Assembly (NCBI GenBank): GCA_021827865.1
Contig: JAKAUC010000007.1
Span: 10,981-74,980, forward strand
Direction of reading: 5' to 3'
DNA length: 64,000 nucleotides
Source: an archaeon
GTDB taxonomy: Archaea; Thermoproteota; Nitrososphaeria; Nitrososphaerales; Gagatemarchaeaceae
Positions within the stretch are counted from its first letter, which is position 1; each line of letters begins with the position of its first letter. Shown piece after piece: positions 7,449-16,597 of this stretch. The notes under the pieces are model-generated. The model was not told the origin of the DNA. It saw only the letters and a program-made list of their open reading frames with translations, and made no database searches. A program made the position numbers and the translations under genes.

Positions 7449-8342
7449 GACCACAAGGCCGCCCTCGTCGAGCGCCATCGTGTGCTCGAACTGAGCCACC
7501 GGGCTTCCAGAGGCCTCCACCAATGTCGGGTACGCCCTAACGATTTTCTTTGCGACAAGCCGTTCGACCATCCCAGCGACCTTCCGAGCGCCCAGCTCCG
7601 CCGCGTACCACCGCGGGGTGAACGGGAGGGTCTTGCGCTCGGCCCATACCATGTCAGCTAGCGCATCCAGCTCAGGCACGCCGGTCTTCTTCCTGGCCAC
7701 AATCGAGAAAATCGTCTTCGACGAGCCGTCGACGACGTAGCCTGCCGCGGTCCCGAAGGTGAGGAAAGGCTCGATGGCGAACACCTCTCCTTTCTTGAGA
7801 GGCTGCACGCCTGGCGTGAACAGGTTGGGTATGCTCTTCCCGGCGTGGACGACGTACCTATCCACGGTATGCCCGGTTAGGTTCTCTATCGTCTTGAATC
7901 CGAAGCGGGCCGCTTCCCTGTGGATCTCTCTCCCGATCTCGCCCGCTCGCTGGTCCCTCCTTGCTGTCGCTATGGCTGCCTCCAGGGACCTCCCAGTCGC
8001 TTCAAGGAGGAGGTTGTATTCCGGGTTATAGGTGACGCTCACCGAAGTGTCGGTGACATACCCGTCGACGTGGACCCCGAAATCCACCTTCACCAGGTCC
8101 CCCTCCCGAAAGACGGAGTCGTCTCCCTCCTGGGGGGCGTAGTGGGCGGTCACCTCGTTGACCCCGATTCCCGTAGGAAATGCCAGCCGGCCCCCGCGCG
8201 ACTCCACTTCCCGTTTCACAAAGTCGCAGATTTCGATGTACCCGACGCCAGGCTTGACAGCCGATCTCACCAACGACTTCACCTCGCCGGTGATTTTCCC
8301 TGACTTTCTGTACTCGTCCGGAATCAGCCCCAAATCTCTCAC
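7440..8342 (-). CDS. map: Methionine aminopeptidase, type 2 (archaeal)
   Basis: VTAHYAPQ...VKVDFGVHVDGYVTDTS...GHTVDRYVVHAGKSIPN...FAIEPF...AQFEHT. Confidence 0.9.
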   Translation of the reverse strand: MRDLGLIPDEYRKSGKITGEVKSLVRSAVKPGVGYIEICDFVKREVESRGGRLAFPTGIGVNEVTAHYAPQEGDDSVFREGDLVKVDFGVHVDGYVTDTSVSVTYNPEYNLLLEATGRSLEAAIATARRDQRAGEIGREIHREAARFGFKTIENLTGHTVDRYVVHAGKSIPNLFTPGVQPLKKGEVFAIEPFLTFGTAAGYVVDGSSKTIFSIVARKKTGVPELDALADMVWAERKTLPFTPRWYAAELGARKVAGMVERLVAKKIVRAYPTLVEASGSPVAQFEHTMALDEGGLVVLT

Positions 8343-8417
8343 AAATCCTTTATTCCGTTACGGGGTCAGCAGGTGTGCACGTGGTATTCAAATGATTTGC
8401 CGGGCGGCCCTCCATCC

Positions 8418-8918
8418 ATGAAGTTCAGGACAGTCGCGACAGGGGGCACATTCGATCACGTCCACCGAGGGCACCTCGCCCTCCTCTCTAGGAGCTTCGA
8501 TGTGGGTGATCGCGTGGTGATAGGGGTCACGTCGGACGCGTTCGCGCTGAAGGAAGGCAAGAACCCCGACCAGAGTTACGAGGAACGTATCCTCGCCTTG
8601 AAGGAGCTAATCGAGAGGAAGTTCCCCGGCAGAGACTATCTGATTGCGAAGCTCGATGACTACTTCGGCCCCGGCATAGAGTCTCCGGAGGTGGAAGCCA
8701 TCGTCGTTAGCCGGGAGACCGCACAGCGGGTGCACATCGCGAACGCGCTCAGGGAGGGCAAGGGATACCCTCCGCTCGAAGTGGTCGTCGTAGACTATGT
8801 CTTGGCTGAAGACTCGAAACCAATCTCGTCCACCAGGATCAGGCTGGGGGAGATCGACTCAGAGGGGAGTCTCACGAGGGGACACGCGGGGGATGTAGAA
8901 GAGCCGCCTCCCGAGTAG
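8418..8918 (+). CDS. coaD: Phosphopantetheine adenylyltransferase, archaeal type (cytidylyltransferase fold)
   Basis: MKFRTVATGGTFDHVHRGHLALL...VIGVTSD...ISSTRIR. The ATG at 8418 is preferred over the track start at 8373. Confidence 0.75.
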   Translation: MKFRTVATGGTFDHVHRGHLALLSRSFDVGDRVVIGVTSDAFALKEGKNPDQSYEERILALKELIERKFPGRDYLIAKLDDYFGPGIESPEVEAIVVSRETAQRVHIANALREGKGYPPLEVVVVDYVLAEDSKPISSTRIRLGEIDSEGSLTRGHAGDVEEPPPE

Positions 8919-8948
8919 TTAAATCAGAACGCCTGCAGGCGAGTCAAT

Positions 8949-10079
8949 GTGGAAAAGGACAGGCTTGATCCGTGGGGCACGAGCGTAATCAAGGACTACG
9001 CCCGGCTGCAGTCTGAGTTCGGGATCGAGCCCCTCGCCCCCCTCGTACCACGTTTCAAGGCGCCGAGTCATCATATCAGCAGAGGGATCGACTTCGGGCA
9101 GAGAGATCTGGCCAGGGTACTCGACGCCGTCGACAACCACAAACCCTACGCCGTGATGAGCGGCATCAAACCCGATGGGGTCTTCCATCTGGGGAACAAG
9201 ATGACAGCCGACGACATGGTCTATTTCCAGTCTCTCTCGAAGAAAGGGACCGTCTACTACTCGATAGCTGACGTGGAAGCATACGCCGACAACGGCCTTT
9301 CGTTCAATGAGTCGTCCAAGACCGCGGTCAGGAACGTGGCCGACATACTCGCGCTGGGGCTCGATCCCGACCGTGCGGTTGTGTACAAGCAGAGCGAGGA
9401 GATGAGGGTGATGAGGATGTCGACTATCTTCTCTCGTGCCGTGACGAACAACATGATGAAAGCTATCTACGGCGAACGCCAGCTGGGGCTCTACATGTCG
9501 GCTCTCATACAGGCCGGGGACATCCTCATGCCCCAGCTCCCGGAGTTCGGCGGGCCAAAGCCAGTCCTCGTCCCGGTCGGAGCGGACCAAGACCCACACA
9601 TCAGGCTATCGCGGGACATCGCCAATCGCTATCGCTCCGAGTTCGGGTTCATCCCACCATCGGCAATCTACCACAGGCTCGAACTGGCCCTCACCGGGGG
9701 CCAGAAGATGTCAAAGCGGGACCCCGAATCAGGTTTCACCTTGGACGACACCTCTGCGGACGCGTCTAGGCGCATCAGGGCTGCTTTCACCGGGGGGAGG
9801 GACACCGTCGAAGAGCAGCGAAGGCTCGGAGGAAGGCCCGACATATGCCCTGTCTACGACCTCTACCGGTTCCATTTCGCAAAGGACGACGAGCATGTCC
9901 AGAGGGTCGACCACGAATGCACCAAGGGTATACGCCTGTGCGGCGAATGCAAGCAGGAAGTGATAGTGACTGTCAAGACGTTCTTGGACGAGCACCATCG
10001 GAAACGCGACTCATTGATGAAGGACGCGGAGGAACTCTTGGCCAAGAACAGAGACTACCTCTCCTCCAGGGGGAAGTGA
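8949..10079 (+). CDS. trpS: Tryptophanyl-tRNA synthetase (archaeal/eukaryal type) with a C-terminal 4-Cys motif
   Basis: Class I motifs GVFHLGN (HIGH-like) and KMSKR. GTG start. Cys motif CPVY...x23...C-x6-C-x2-C. Confidence 0.85.
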   Translation: MEKDRLDPWGTSVIKDYARLQSEFGIEPLAPLVPRFKAPSHHISRGIDFGQRDLARVLDAVDNHKPYAVMSGIKPDGVFHLGNKMTADDMVYFQSLSKKGTVYYSIADVEAYADNGLSFNESSKTAVRNVADILALGLDPDRAVVYKQSEEMRVMRMSTIFSRAVTNNMMKAIYGERQLGLYMSALIQAGDILMPQLPEFGGPKPVLVPVGADQDPHIRLSRDIANRYRSEFGFIPPSAIYHRLELALTGGQKMSKRDPESGFTLDDTSADASRRIRAAFTGGRDTVEEQRRLGGRPDICPVYDLYRFHFAKDDEHVQRVDHECTKGIRLCGECKQEVIVTVKTFLDEHHRKRDSLMKDAEELLAKNRDYLSSRGK

Positions 10080-10086
10080 GTTTAGA

Positions 10087-11568
10087 TTGTCGACCGCTCT
10101 CCATCCCATCGAACGAAAGATACTTTCGGCCCTGGCGCCCCTGGGGTCTGCACCCTTCGAGGCGCTGGTCGCAGCCACTTCGCTGAACGTGGACCAAGTC
10201 AGGCGGGCCCTCCAGTGGCTCACATCGAAGGGGCTCGTCACAATCGGAGGCTCGGTGGAAGGAAGGTTGGAGCTCGTCAGAGAACCCCCGGAACTGGACC
10301 TGCTCCGCAAGGTCGGTCAGTCGACCGCGCCAGCCACCATCGGCCAGCTTCGGGGCGAATTCGGGTCCCCCGAGGAGTTCTCTGCAGCCTTCGGCAGGGC
10401 AAGGGGGTCGGGCTGGATCTCGGTGGAAGGGGGGGCGGCGCCTGTCGTGCGGCTGGTCGACACCGCGGGGGCAGAACCCCTACGTTCCCTCGTCCGCGCG
10501 GTCGCCTCGGGCAAGGCTGAGCGCGATTTCACCAAAGAAGAGTCGGCGCTCGTTACCGACCTGTTGAAACGTGGGATTGTCAGGCGCATCGAGACGCGCA
10601 CGACCACCGTCGCAATCACCGACGAAGGGAGGCGCTCTTCCTCACCAACAGAGAGCGAAGATTTCATCGACAGGCTGACCCCCAACATTCTAGCGTCCGG
10701 AGAATGGCGAGGCAGAAAGCTGCGCCCCATCGACGTCGAAGCGAAAGCCCCCCGCTATTTCCCGGGTCGGCGCCATCCCGTCCGCGACTTCATCAGGGAG
10801 GTGAGGGAGGTCTACGTCTCAATGGGCTTCACCGAACTCCAAGGGGACAGCGTCCATCCAGCCTTCTGGAACTTCGACGCCCTGTTCATTCCCCAGGACC
10901 ACCCGGGGAGGGATATGCAGGACACCTTCTACCTGGATGGGCTGGCAGACAGGACGCTCAGCCGCTCCGGGGTGGTGGCTAGGGTGGCCTCGGCCCACGA
11001 AGACGGCTGGACGACCGGGAGCAGGGGCTGGGGATATCGCTGGCGCATCGAGGAGGCGCGGCGACTGGTGCTCAGGACCCACAACACGGTGCTCTCCGTG
11101 CGGGCGCTGTCCGAGTCACAGGAAAAGGAAACGAGGGTCTTCGCCGTGTCGAAGGTTTACAGGAATGAAAACCTGGATTACAAGCATCTCGCAGAGTTCT
11201 ATCAGATGGATGGGATAATGGTGGGGAAGGGCCTAAACGTGAGACACCTCATGGGGTTCCTGGCTGAGTTCTACAAGAAGCTCGGGATGGCTGACGTGAA
11301 GCTCTGGCCCACCTACTTCCCTTACACCGAGCCCTCCCTGCAGATTGTCGGCTTTTCAAAGGCGTTCAAGAGCTGGATTGAGCTTGGCGGGTCCGGCGTG
11401 TTCCGCCCCGAGGTCACTCAACCGCTCGGCGTCAAGGTTCCGGTCCTCGCCTGGGGCCCTGGAATTGAGAGGTTGATGCTAATGAGGTTCGGCCTGGAGG
11501 ACATGCGCACCCTGTACGGTTCGGACCTATCATGGCTCAGGAACAGGGGAGAGCTTGCCGGTAGTTAG
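10087..11568 (+). CDS. pheS: Phenylalanyl-tRNA synthetase alpha subunit (archaeal, N-terminal wHTH repeats)
   Basis: Class II core ...FRNENLDYKHLAEFYQMDG...GSGVFRPEV...AWGPGIERL. TTG start. Confidence 0.9.
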   Translation: MSTALHPIERKILSALAPLGSAPFEALVAATSLNVDQVRRALQWLTSKGLVTIGGSVEGRLELVREPPELDLLRKVGQSTAPATIGQLRGEFGSPEEFSAAFGRARGSGWISVEGGAAPVVRLVDTAGAEPLRSLVRAVASGKAERDFTKEESALVTDLLKRGIVRRIETRTTTVAITDEGRRSSSPTESEDFIDRLTPNILASGEWRGRKLRPIDVEAKAPRYFPGRRHPVRDFIREVREVYVSMGFTELQGDSVHPAFWNFDALFIPQDHPGRDMQDTFYLDGLADRTLSRSGVVARVASAHEDGWTTGSRGWGYRWRIEEARRLVLRTHNTVLSVRALSESQEKETRVFAVSKVYRNENLDYKHLAEFYQMDGIMVGKGLNVRHLMGFLAEFYKKLGMADVKLWPTYFPYTEPSLQIVGFSKAFKSWIELGGSGVFRPEVTQPLGVKVPVLAWGPGIERLMLMRFGLEDMRTLYGSDLSWLRNRGELAGS

Positions 11569-13189
11569 GCTGGAGCTTACGCGCTTCACCAAGATGGTAG
11601 GGACCGGCAGGAAGGAGATCCTTGACCGCCTCCCGTACATCGGCCTCGACATAGAGAGCTCGGACAGCAAGTCGGTGCGTGTGGAGTATAGCCCCAACAG
11701 GCCTGACCTCGGGACGGACTTTGGGATCGCGCGCGCCCTCAGGGGGCTGCTCGGGACGGAGACGGGGCTCCCCGAGTTCCGGACCAAACCCACGGGCATC
11801 AAGGTCGCCGTCGACCCGAGACTCTCTAAGGTCAGGCCGTACATCGCCTGCTGCGTCGCAACAGGGCTCGACCTCGACGACGAAGATGTCCGACAGTTAA
11901 TCTCACTCCAGGAAGACCTTCACAACGGCCTAGGACGGAAACGGAGGACCGTGGCTATCGGGCTTCACGACCTCGATGCGGTGTCGCCCCCGCTATCCTA
12001 CCGGGGGGTTCCGTCGACGTTCAAGTTCCTGCCCCTGGGCGCCGACAAGCCGTCCTCCATCCGCTCCATCCTGTCCGACACCTACGAAGGGAGGGCCTAC
12101 GGGCACGTCTTCGGAGACAGCGACGTCTTCCCAGTGATCTCCGACTCGAAAGGGACGGTCATGTCTTTCCCACCGATAATCAACGGCAACGCCACCCGGG
12201 TGACGACCAAGACCAAGAGGATGTTCGTCGACGTCACGAGCACCGGCCAGAAGGCAGGGGACGACGTGCTCGCGATTCTGGCTACGACTCTCTCCGAGGC
12301 AGGGGGTAAGCTGGGAACGGTCGCAGTGCGGTATCCAGACAAGACCAGGGCTACGCCCGACCTATCCCCGACCGTGCTCCCTCTCGACCTCGGATTGGTT
12401 AATTCTGTCGTCGGACTCGACCTTCCGCGCCGGGAGATACTCGCCTGCCTCGCCAGGAGCAGGATGGGCGTGAGGGGGAGTAAGGCCGTGGGACCCAGGT
12501 ACAGAGTCGACCTGCTCCACCCGGTGGACGTGGCCGAGGAGGTAGCCCTGGGTTATGGGATCGACCGCATCGGGCCAGTGTATCCGCCGAGCAAAGCCCC
12601 CGGGGCGTTCAACCCATTCGAAGAGTTCCTCGACTCGGTGTCTACTGTAATGGCTGGGGCGGGAATGATAGAAACGATGACCTACGAGCTGACCGACCGG
12701 AGAACCCTCTACGACCATTTCGAGCGGCCATCCTCGGAGATGGTGACGGTCCAGAACCCGAAGAGCCTCGACCACTCGATGCTCAGAGACGCCCTCGTCC
12801 CCGCCCTGATGGCGGTCCTGTCTGGAAATGTGAAGTCTGACTACCCCCAGCGGGTCTTCGAGATAGGCAGGACGTACGCCCGGACACGGGACGGCGTCAA
12901 AGAATCCTGGCACCTCGGCTGCCTGGTGGCCCATTCACAGTCCTCTTACACAGAGGCGAAGATGTACCTGGAAGCGGCCTGCAGGGTGGTGGCCGGACTG
13001 GAGGTCGCCACGCGGGCGGCCGAACACTGGGCGTTCTCGCCCGGCCGGTGCGCGTCCATCGCCGTGAAGGATCACGGGCTGGGGTACGTCGGGGAGCTCA
13101 AGCCCGGCGCCATCGACGCCTTCGGAGTCGGGGTCCCTGTGTCAGGGTTCGAAATTGACCTGTCGAAGCTCTACGAACTGCTAAAATAG
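11555..13189 (+). CDS. pheT: Phenylalanyl-tRNA synthetase beta subunit (archaeal)
   Basis: MPVVRLELTRF...RPDLGTDFGIARAL.... 544 aa. Overlaps the pheS end, so the two genes are coupled. Confidence 0.9.
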   Translation: MPVVRLELTRFTKMVGTGRKEILDRLPYIGLDIESSDSKSVRVEYSPNRPDLGTDFGIARALRGLLGTETGLPEFRTKPTGIKVAVDPRLSKVRPYIACCVATGLDLDDEDVRQLISLQEDLHNGLGRKRRTVAIGLHDLDAVSPPLSYRGVPSTFKFLPLGADKPSSIRSILSDTYEGRAYGHVFGDSDVFPVISDSKGTVMSFPPIINGNATRVTTKTKRMFVDVTSTGQKAGDDVLAILATTLSEAGGKLGTVAVRYPDKTRATPDLSPTVLPLDLGLVNSVVGLDLPRREILACLARSRMGVRGSKAVGPRYRVDLLHPVDVAEEVALGYGIDRIGPVYPPSKAPGAFNPFEEFLDSVSTVMAGAGMIETMTYELTDRRTLYDHFERPSSEMVTVQNPKSLDHSMLRDALVPALMAVLSGNVKSDYPQRVFEIGRTYARTRDGVKESWHLGCLVAHSQSSYTEAKMYLEAACRVVAGLEVATRAAEHWAFSPGRCASIAVKDHGLGYVGELKPGAIDAFGVGVPVSGFEIDLSKLYELLK

Positions 13190-13363
13190 AGATGGACCTC
13201 GTCCGGGGCAGACGGCTTTCGTTCTAAAGCGCGCCAAACGGCCACCTGCGAAGGCGGAAACGCTTTGATGAGCGGATGGTTTACCCAGGCGTGCGACAGA
13301 CGGAAGCCGTTTGCCCGTTGAAGAGGCTCGGTGATGCTCCCCGCTTAAAGCTGGGCATGATCC

Positions 13364-13915
13364 GTGCTGTCAGAGACGGGCAACATTTCCCTGAAGAGAG
13401 ATGAAAACAATCTGAGTGAGAGACGCGAGAGGGCGTACGAGGACTTCGGGCGATTCCTCTCCGACTTCGTACGCGACCTCAACGACAAGTCGGAAGAGGG
13501 GTGGTCGCTGCTGGTGGAAGGGCCGCGGGACTCCCTGGCCCTGAGGAGGCTCGGCTACAGGGGACGAGTCTTGATGATTTCAGTCTTGGGGAGATGTGGC
13601 GCCGCAGCGCTCAGAGGCGTGGGGAGGGTGGTCATCCTTACAGACTTGGACAGGGAAGGCGCCTCCCTCGCTTCGAAGTACCTCAGGCTCCTGGTCCATG
13701 AAGGCATCGAGACGTCGCTAAGCGAGCGGAGAAGGCTCAAGCCGGCGTCGCGCGGCGTCTTCCTACACATCGAGAACCTGGGGCGATTTTCTGAGTCAGG
13801 CGGCGCCCGCCTCGAGCACGACGGCCCTCCGCGTGAAACCGAGGGCCCCCAGAGGAGCAGCGCCCTCGGCCCATTGAGGAGGCGCGCGGCAAGACGCATC
13901 CGTCCCCCCCGATGA
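13364..13915 (+). CDS. Small Toprim-domain protein (RNase M5-like, COG1658-type)
   Basis: LLVEGPRDSLALRRLG...VVILTDLDREG are the Toprim E and DxD motifs. The start is uncertain and the C-terminus is low-complexity. Confidence 0.6.
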   Translation: MLSETGNISLKRDENNLSERRERAYEDFGRFLSDFVRDLNDKSEEGWSLLVEGPRDSLALRRLGYRGRVLMISVLGRCGAAALRGVGRVVILTDLDREGASLASKYLRLLVHEGIETSLSERRRLKPASRGVFLHIENLGRFSESGGARLEHDGPPRETEGPQRSSALGPLRRRAARRIRPPR

Positions 13916-14022
13916 GAACCAGAAAACACGAAGTTTATATCCCCGACAAATTTGGTGGGAGCCAATTAACGATTAACACCGTTAAGGACGAGTGAAACAG
14001 ACAATGGTCGGAGAGAAAGAAA

Positions 14023-15195
14023 TTGCCAGATTCAGGTATAGTAAAGTATCTAGTCAGACTGAGGTTTGAAGTAGACGGGGTCGTTGAAAGGGCCGACGTG
14101 ATCGGGGCGATCTTCGGCCAGACCGAGGGTCTCTTCGGCCCTGAGATGAACCTGAACGAGCTTCAGAAGAGCTGGAAGGTCGGCAGGATAGAGATCAACC
14201 TGGAGTCGAAGAACGACCGGACGAGGGGAGAAGTGATTATCCCGATGTCCACCGACATCGGTACAGCTGCTCTCATCGCCGCGGCGGTCGAAAGCGTGGA
14301 CAAGGTCGGACCATGCAGCGCCCACTTCACCGTGGGAAACATCGAAGACGTGAGGGCAGTCAAGCGCAAACAGATTGTCGACAGGGCGAAGCTGATTGTA
14401 AGGGACTGGAGTTCCAAGACCTCCAGCGAAGGGGAGAACCTCCTCAAGGATGTCACCGAATCCACAAAGAGGGCGAAGGTGATCAACTACGGACTGGAGA
14501 ACCTTCCGGCCGGCCCAGGGGTATATTCCTCCGAGCTGATCTACCTGGTCGAAGGTAGAGCCGACGTGGTCCTGTTCCTGAGGGCGGGCATCGAAAACGT
14601 GGTCGCACTCGAAGGTACCAGCATCCCCGACTCCATAATAGAACTTGGCAAGAAGAAGAGGCTGATAGCGGTCCTGGACGGCGACAGGGGAGGGGATCTC
14701 ATCGAGAAGGAGCTCGGCCAGGTCATGCACGTCGAGAAGGTAATCCATGCGCCTCAGGGGAAGGAGGTTGAGGACCTCACCCCGATAGACGTGATCAACA
14801 TGCTGAAAGCGGAGAAGGTCGATGCGGCGCAGCTGAACCCAAGGAGACAGAGACCTGTCGAGAGCGCTCCTCCGCCCCAGCCGGAAGAACCGGACGAGCC
14901 CGTAGTTGCGAAGACCAGAGAACTATATCCTAACCTCAACGGTACGCTCGAGGCGATACTCCTCGACCAAGGGCTGCAGGAGGTCGGGAGGTTTCCCATC
15001 AGTGAACTGGTCCAGAAGATGGAGGGCGCCAGCGGGGCCCTGTATCTTATCTTCGACGGGATAGTGACCCAGAGGCTGGTCGAGTCTGCGACGCGCGTGG
15101 GGGTCAAAGGGATCATCGGGCACCGCACAGGCGAGCTCGGCCAAGTCCCGGAGGACGTCAGGATTGGGACTTTCAGGGACCTGGGGCTCGAGTAG
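14023..15195 (+). CDS. dnaG: Archaeal DnaG (Toprim primase-like, exosome-associated)
   Basis: KYLVRLRFEVDGVVERADVIGAIFGQTEGLFG...LVEGRADV...VLDGDRGGD. TTG start. Confidence 0.9.
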   Translation: MPDSGIVKYLVRLRFEVDGVVERADVIGAIFGQTEGLFGPEMNLNELQKSWKVGRIEINLESKNDRTRGEVIIPMSTDIGTAALIAAAVESVDKVGPCSAHFTVGNIEDVRAVKRKQIVDRAKLIVRDWSSKTSSEGENLLKDVTESTKRAKVINYGLENLPAGPGVYSSELIYLVEGRADVVLFLRAGIENVVALEGTSIPDSIIELGKKKRLIAVLDGDRGGDLIEKELGQVMHVEKVIHAPQGKEVEDLTPIDVINMLKAEKVDAAQLNPRRQRPVESAPPPQPEEPDEPVVAKTRELYPNLNGTLEAILLDQGLQEVGRFPISELVQKMEGASGALYLIFDGIVTQRLVESATRVGVKGIIGHRTGELGQVPEDVRIGTFRDLGLE

Positions 15196-15204
15196 CCTGG
15201 TCCG

Positions 15205-16260
15205 TTGAAAGTCAGCGACTTCAACCCCAAGCACGGTTACTGTTCACTTACAATAGAGTCGGCAGAGGATCTCTGGACCATGAGACGGCTCATCGCGAAG
15301 GGGGACGTGGTGGTCACGAGGGGGTCCCGGGTGGTCAAGAGGGAAGAGGAGTATTCCAGGCCGGACAAGGGGGAGCGTGTCAAGGTCACCCTGGCGCTGG
15401 CGGTGGACGAGGTCCACCTGGACAGCAGCATCGAGAGGATCAGGGTGAAGGGGACAATCATCGAAGCCAGCGACGAAAGCGTGACGAAGGTGGGCTCGCA
15501 TTCGGTCACACTGTCTCCGGGCCACTCCATGACGCTCAGGAAGAACCACTGGTCGCAGCTCGACATCCAGCTGGTCCGCTCCTCCGGGCCGTCGTACTCC
15601 AGGTTCGTCCTGGTGGCCGTCGACAGACGCGAGGCGGGAATCGGCCTCCTCAGCGGCTCGCATCTTTCGGTCGTCACTACCATCGAGTCGGGCCTGGGTG
15701 GGAAGATGGGGGAGGAGCGCAGCCCCCGTCCTTATCTCTCCAAGGTGGCTGAGGCCGTCTCTCAGTTGTCTCAGCATGGGGACAGGGTGATCGTGGCAGG
15801 CCCTGGCAACTTCAAGAACTCGGTGGCGAACCAGATCAATGAGGCTCTGAAGTCCGAGGATGTGAGGGTGGTCGATGGCCCTGACCTGACGGGAGGAGAC
15901 GGCATTAGGGCCATGATCAAGTCACCGCCCTTCCAGGCCCTGGCCAAGGGGTCAGTGGCCGTTGAAATGCAGCAGCTTGTGAGTGAAATCGTGAAGAGGA
16001 TTTCCATGGGAGACCCGAAGGTTGCCTACGCACTCCCGAGGGTGGCAAAAGCCGCCGCAGCGGGGGCCGTGGAAGCGTGCGCGGTCTCGGACGACGTCTT
16101 CTCGCTCGGGGTGGATGAGTCTCAGCTGGTCGGCGCCCTGAACGAGATAGAGGCGAAGGGCGGAAAGGTGTTCCTTGCCGACTCCTCGATGGAGTTCGGC
16201 AAGCAGGTCTCTTCGTTCGGGGGCATCGCCGCCCTCCTCAGGTACGCCCTCAGAGCTTGA
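15205..16260 (+). CDS. pelA: Pelota (mRNA surveillance / ribosome rescue factor)
   Basis: MKVSDFNPKHGYCSLTIESAEDLWTMRRLIAKGDVV.... 351 aa with an eRF1-like C-terminus. TTG start. Confidence 0.9.
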   Translation: MKVSDFNPKHGYCSLTIESAEDLWTMRRLIAKGDVVVTRGSRVVKREEEYSRPDKGERVKVTLALAVDEVHLDSSIERIRVKGTIIEASDESVTKVGSHSVTLSPGHSMTLRKNHWSQLDIQLVRSSGPSYSRFVLVAVDRREAGIGLLSGSHLSVVTTIESGLGGKMGEERSPRPYLSKVAEAVSQLSQHGDRVIVAGPGNFKNSVANQINEALKSEDVRVVDGPDLTGGDGIRAMIKSPPFQALAKGSVAVEMQQLVSEIVKRISMGDPKVAYALPRVAKAAAAGAVEACAVSDDVFSLGVDESQLVGALNEIEAKGGKVFLADSSMEFGKQVSSFGGIAALLRYALRA

Positions 16261-16516
16261 CGAGCCACGGGACCACGAACTCGGAGATTATCGCCAGCGC
16301 GACGCCCCCCTTGATCAGGTCCTTCCCCAGCCTCTGGGCGACATGGGAGTAGTATAGGAGGATGCCGACCACGAGGAGCGAGACGTAGACGATCCGCATC
16401 AGGTCAATCACCGTTGTGTCGACGACCGAAAGGAGGAAAGTCATGGACGAAGTGAACTGCTGAGCAAACTGTTGTATCTGGGATTCGATCCCGCCCGGAG
16501 GCTGGATGCTTGACAT
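16250..16516 (-). CDS. Small two-TM membrane protein, unknown function
   Basis: 88 aa with two hydrophobic helices. Sits in a plausible gap between convergent genes. Confidence 0.4.
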   Translation of the reverse strand: MSSIQPPGGIESQIQQFAQQFTSSMTFLLSVVDTTVIDLMRIVYVSLLVVGILLYYSHVAQRLGKDLIKGGVALAIISEFVVPWLVKL

Positions 16517-16597
16517 CAGGAGATTACTGGAATTTCGTATTTAACGCGCCACCCCTCGCCGTCACTTGGCGACACCCTGCCGCCCTCCTACAAGGCA

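Noticed and set aside
8919-9599. 226-aa minus-strand ORF opposite trpS
   Set aside because: It is antisense to TrpRS, which has HIGH-like and KMSKR motifs, and it has no motif of its own.
13190-13363. Candidate box C/D or other sRNA in the 174-bp pheT-Toprim spacer (TGATGA at 13266-13271, GTGATG near 13331, complementary ACGGCTT/AAGCCGT segments)
   Set aside because: There is no CUGA box at the 12-nt guide spacing expected for archaeal C/D sRNAs and no convincing terminal stem. I cannot exclude a structured 5' UTR, but the evidence is too weak to call an RNA gene.
14004-14069. 21-codon ATG ORF overlapping the dnaG start in another frame
   Set aside because: It is too short and lacks any supporting signal. 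The conserved DnaG N-terminus fits the TTG at 14023.
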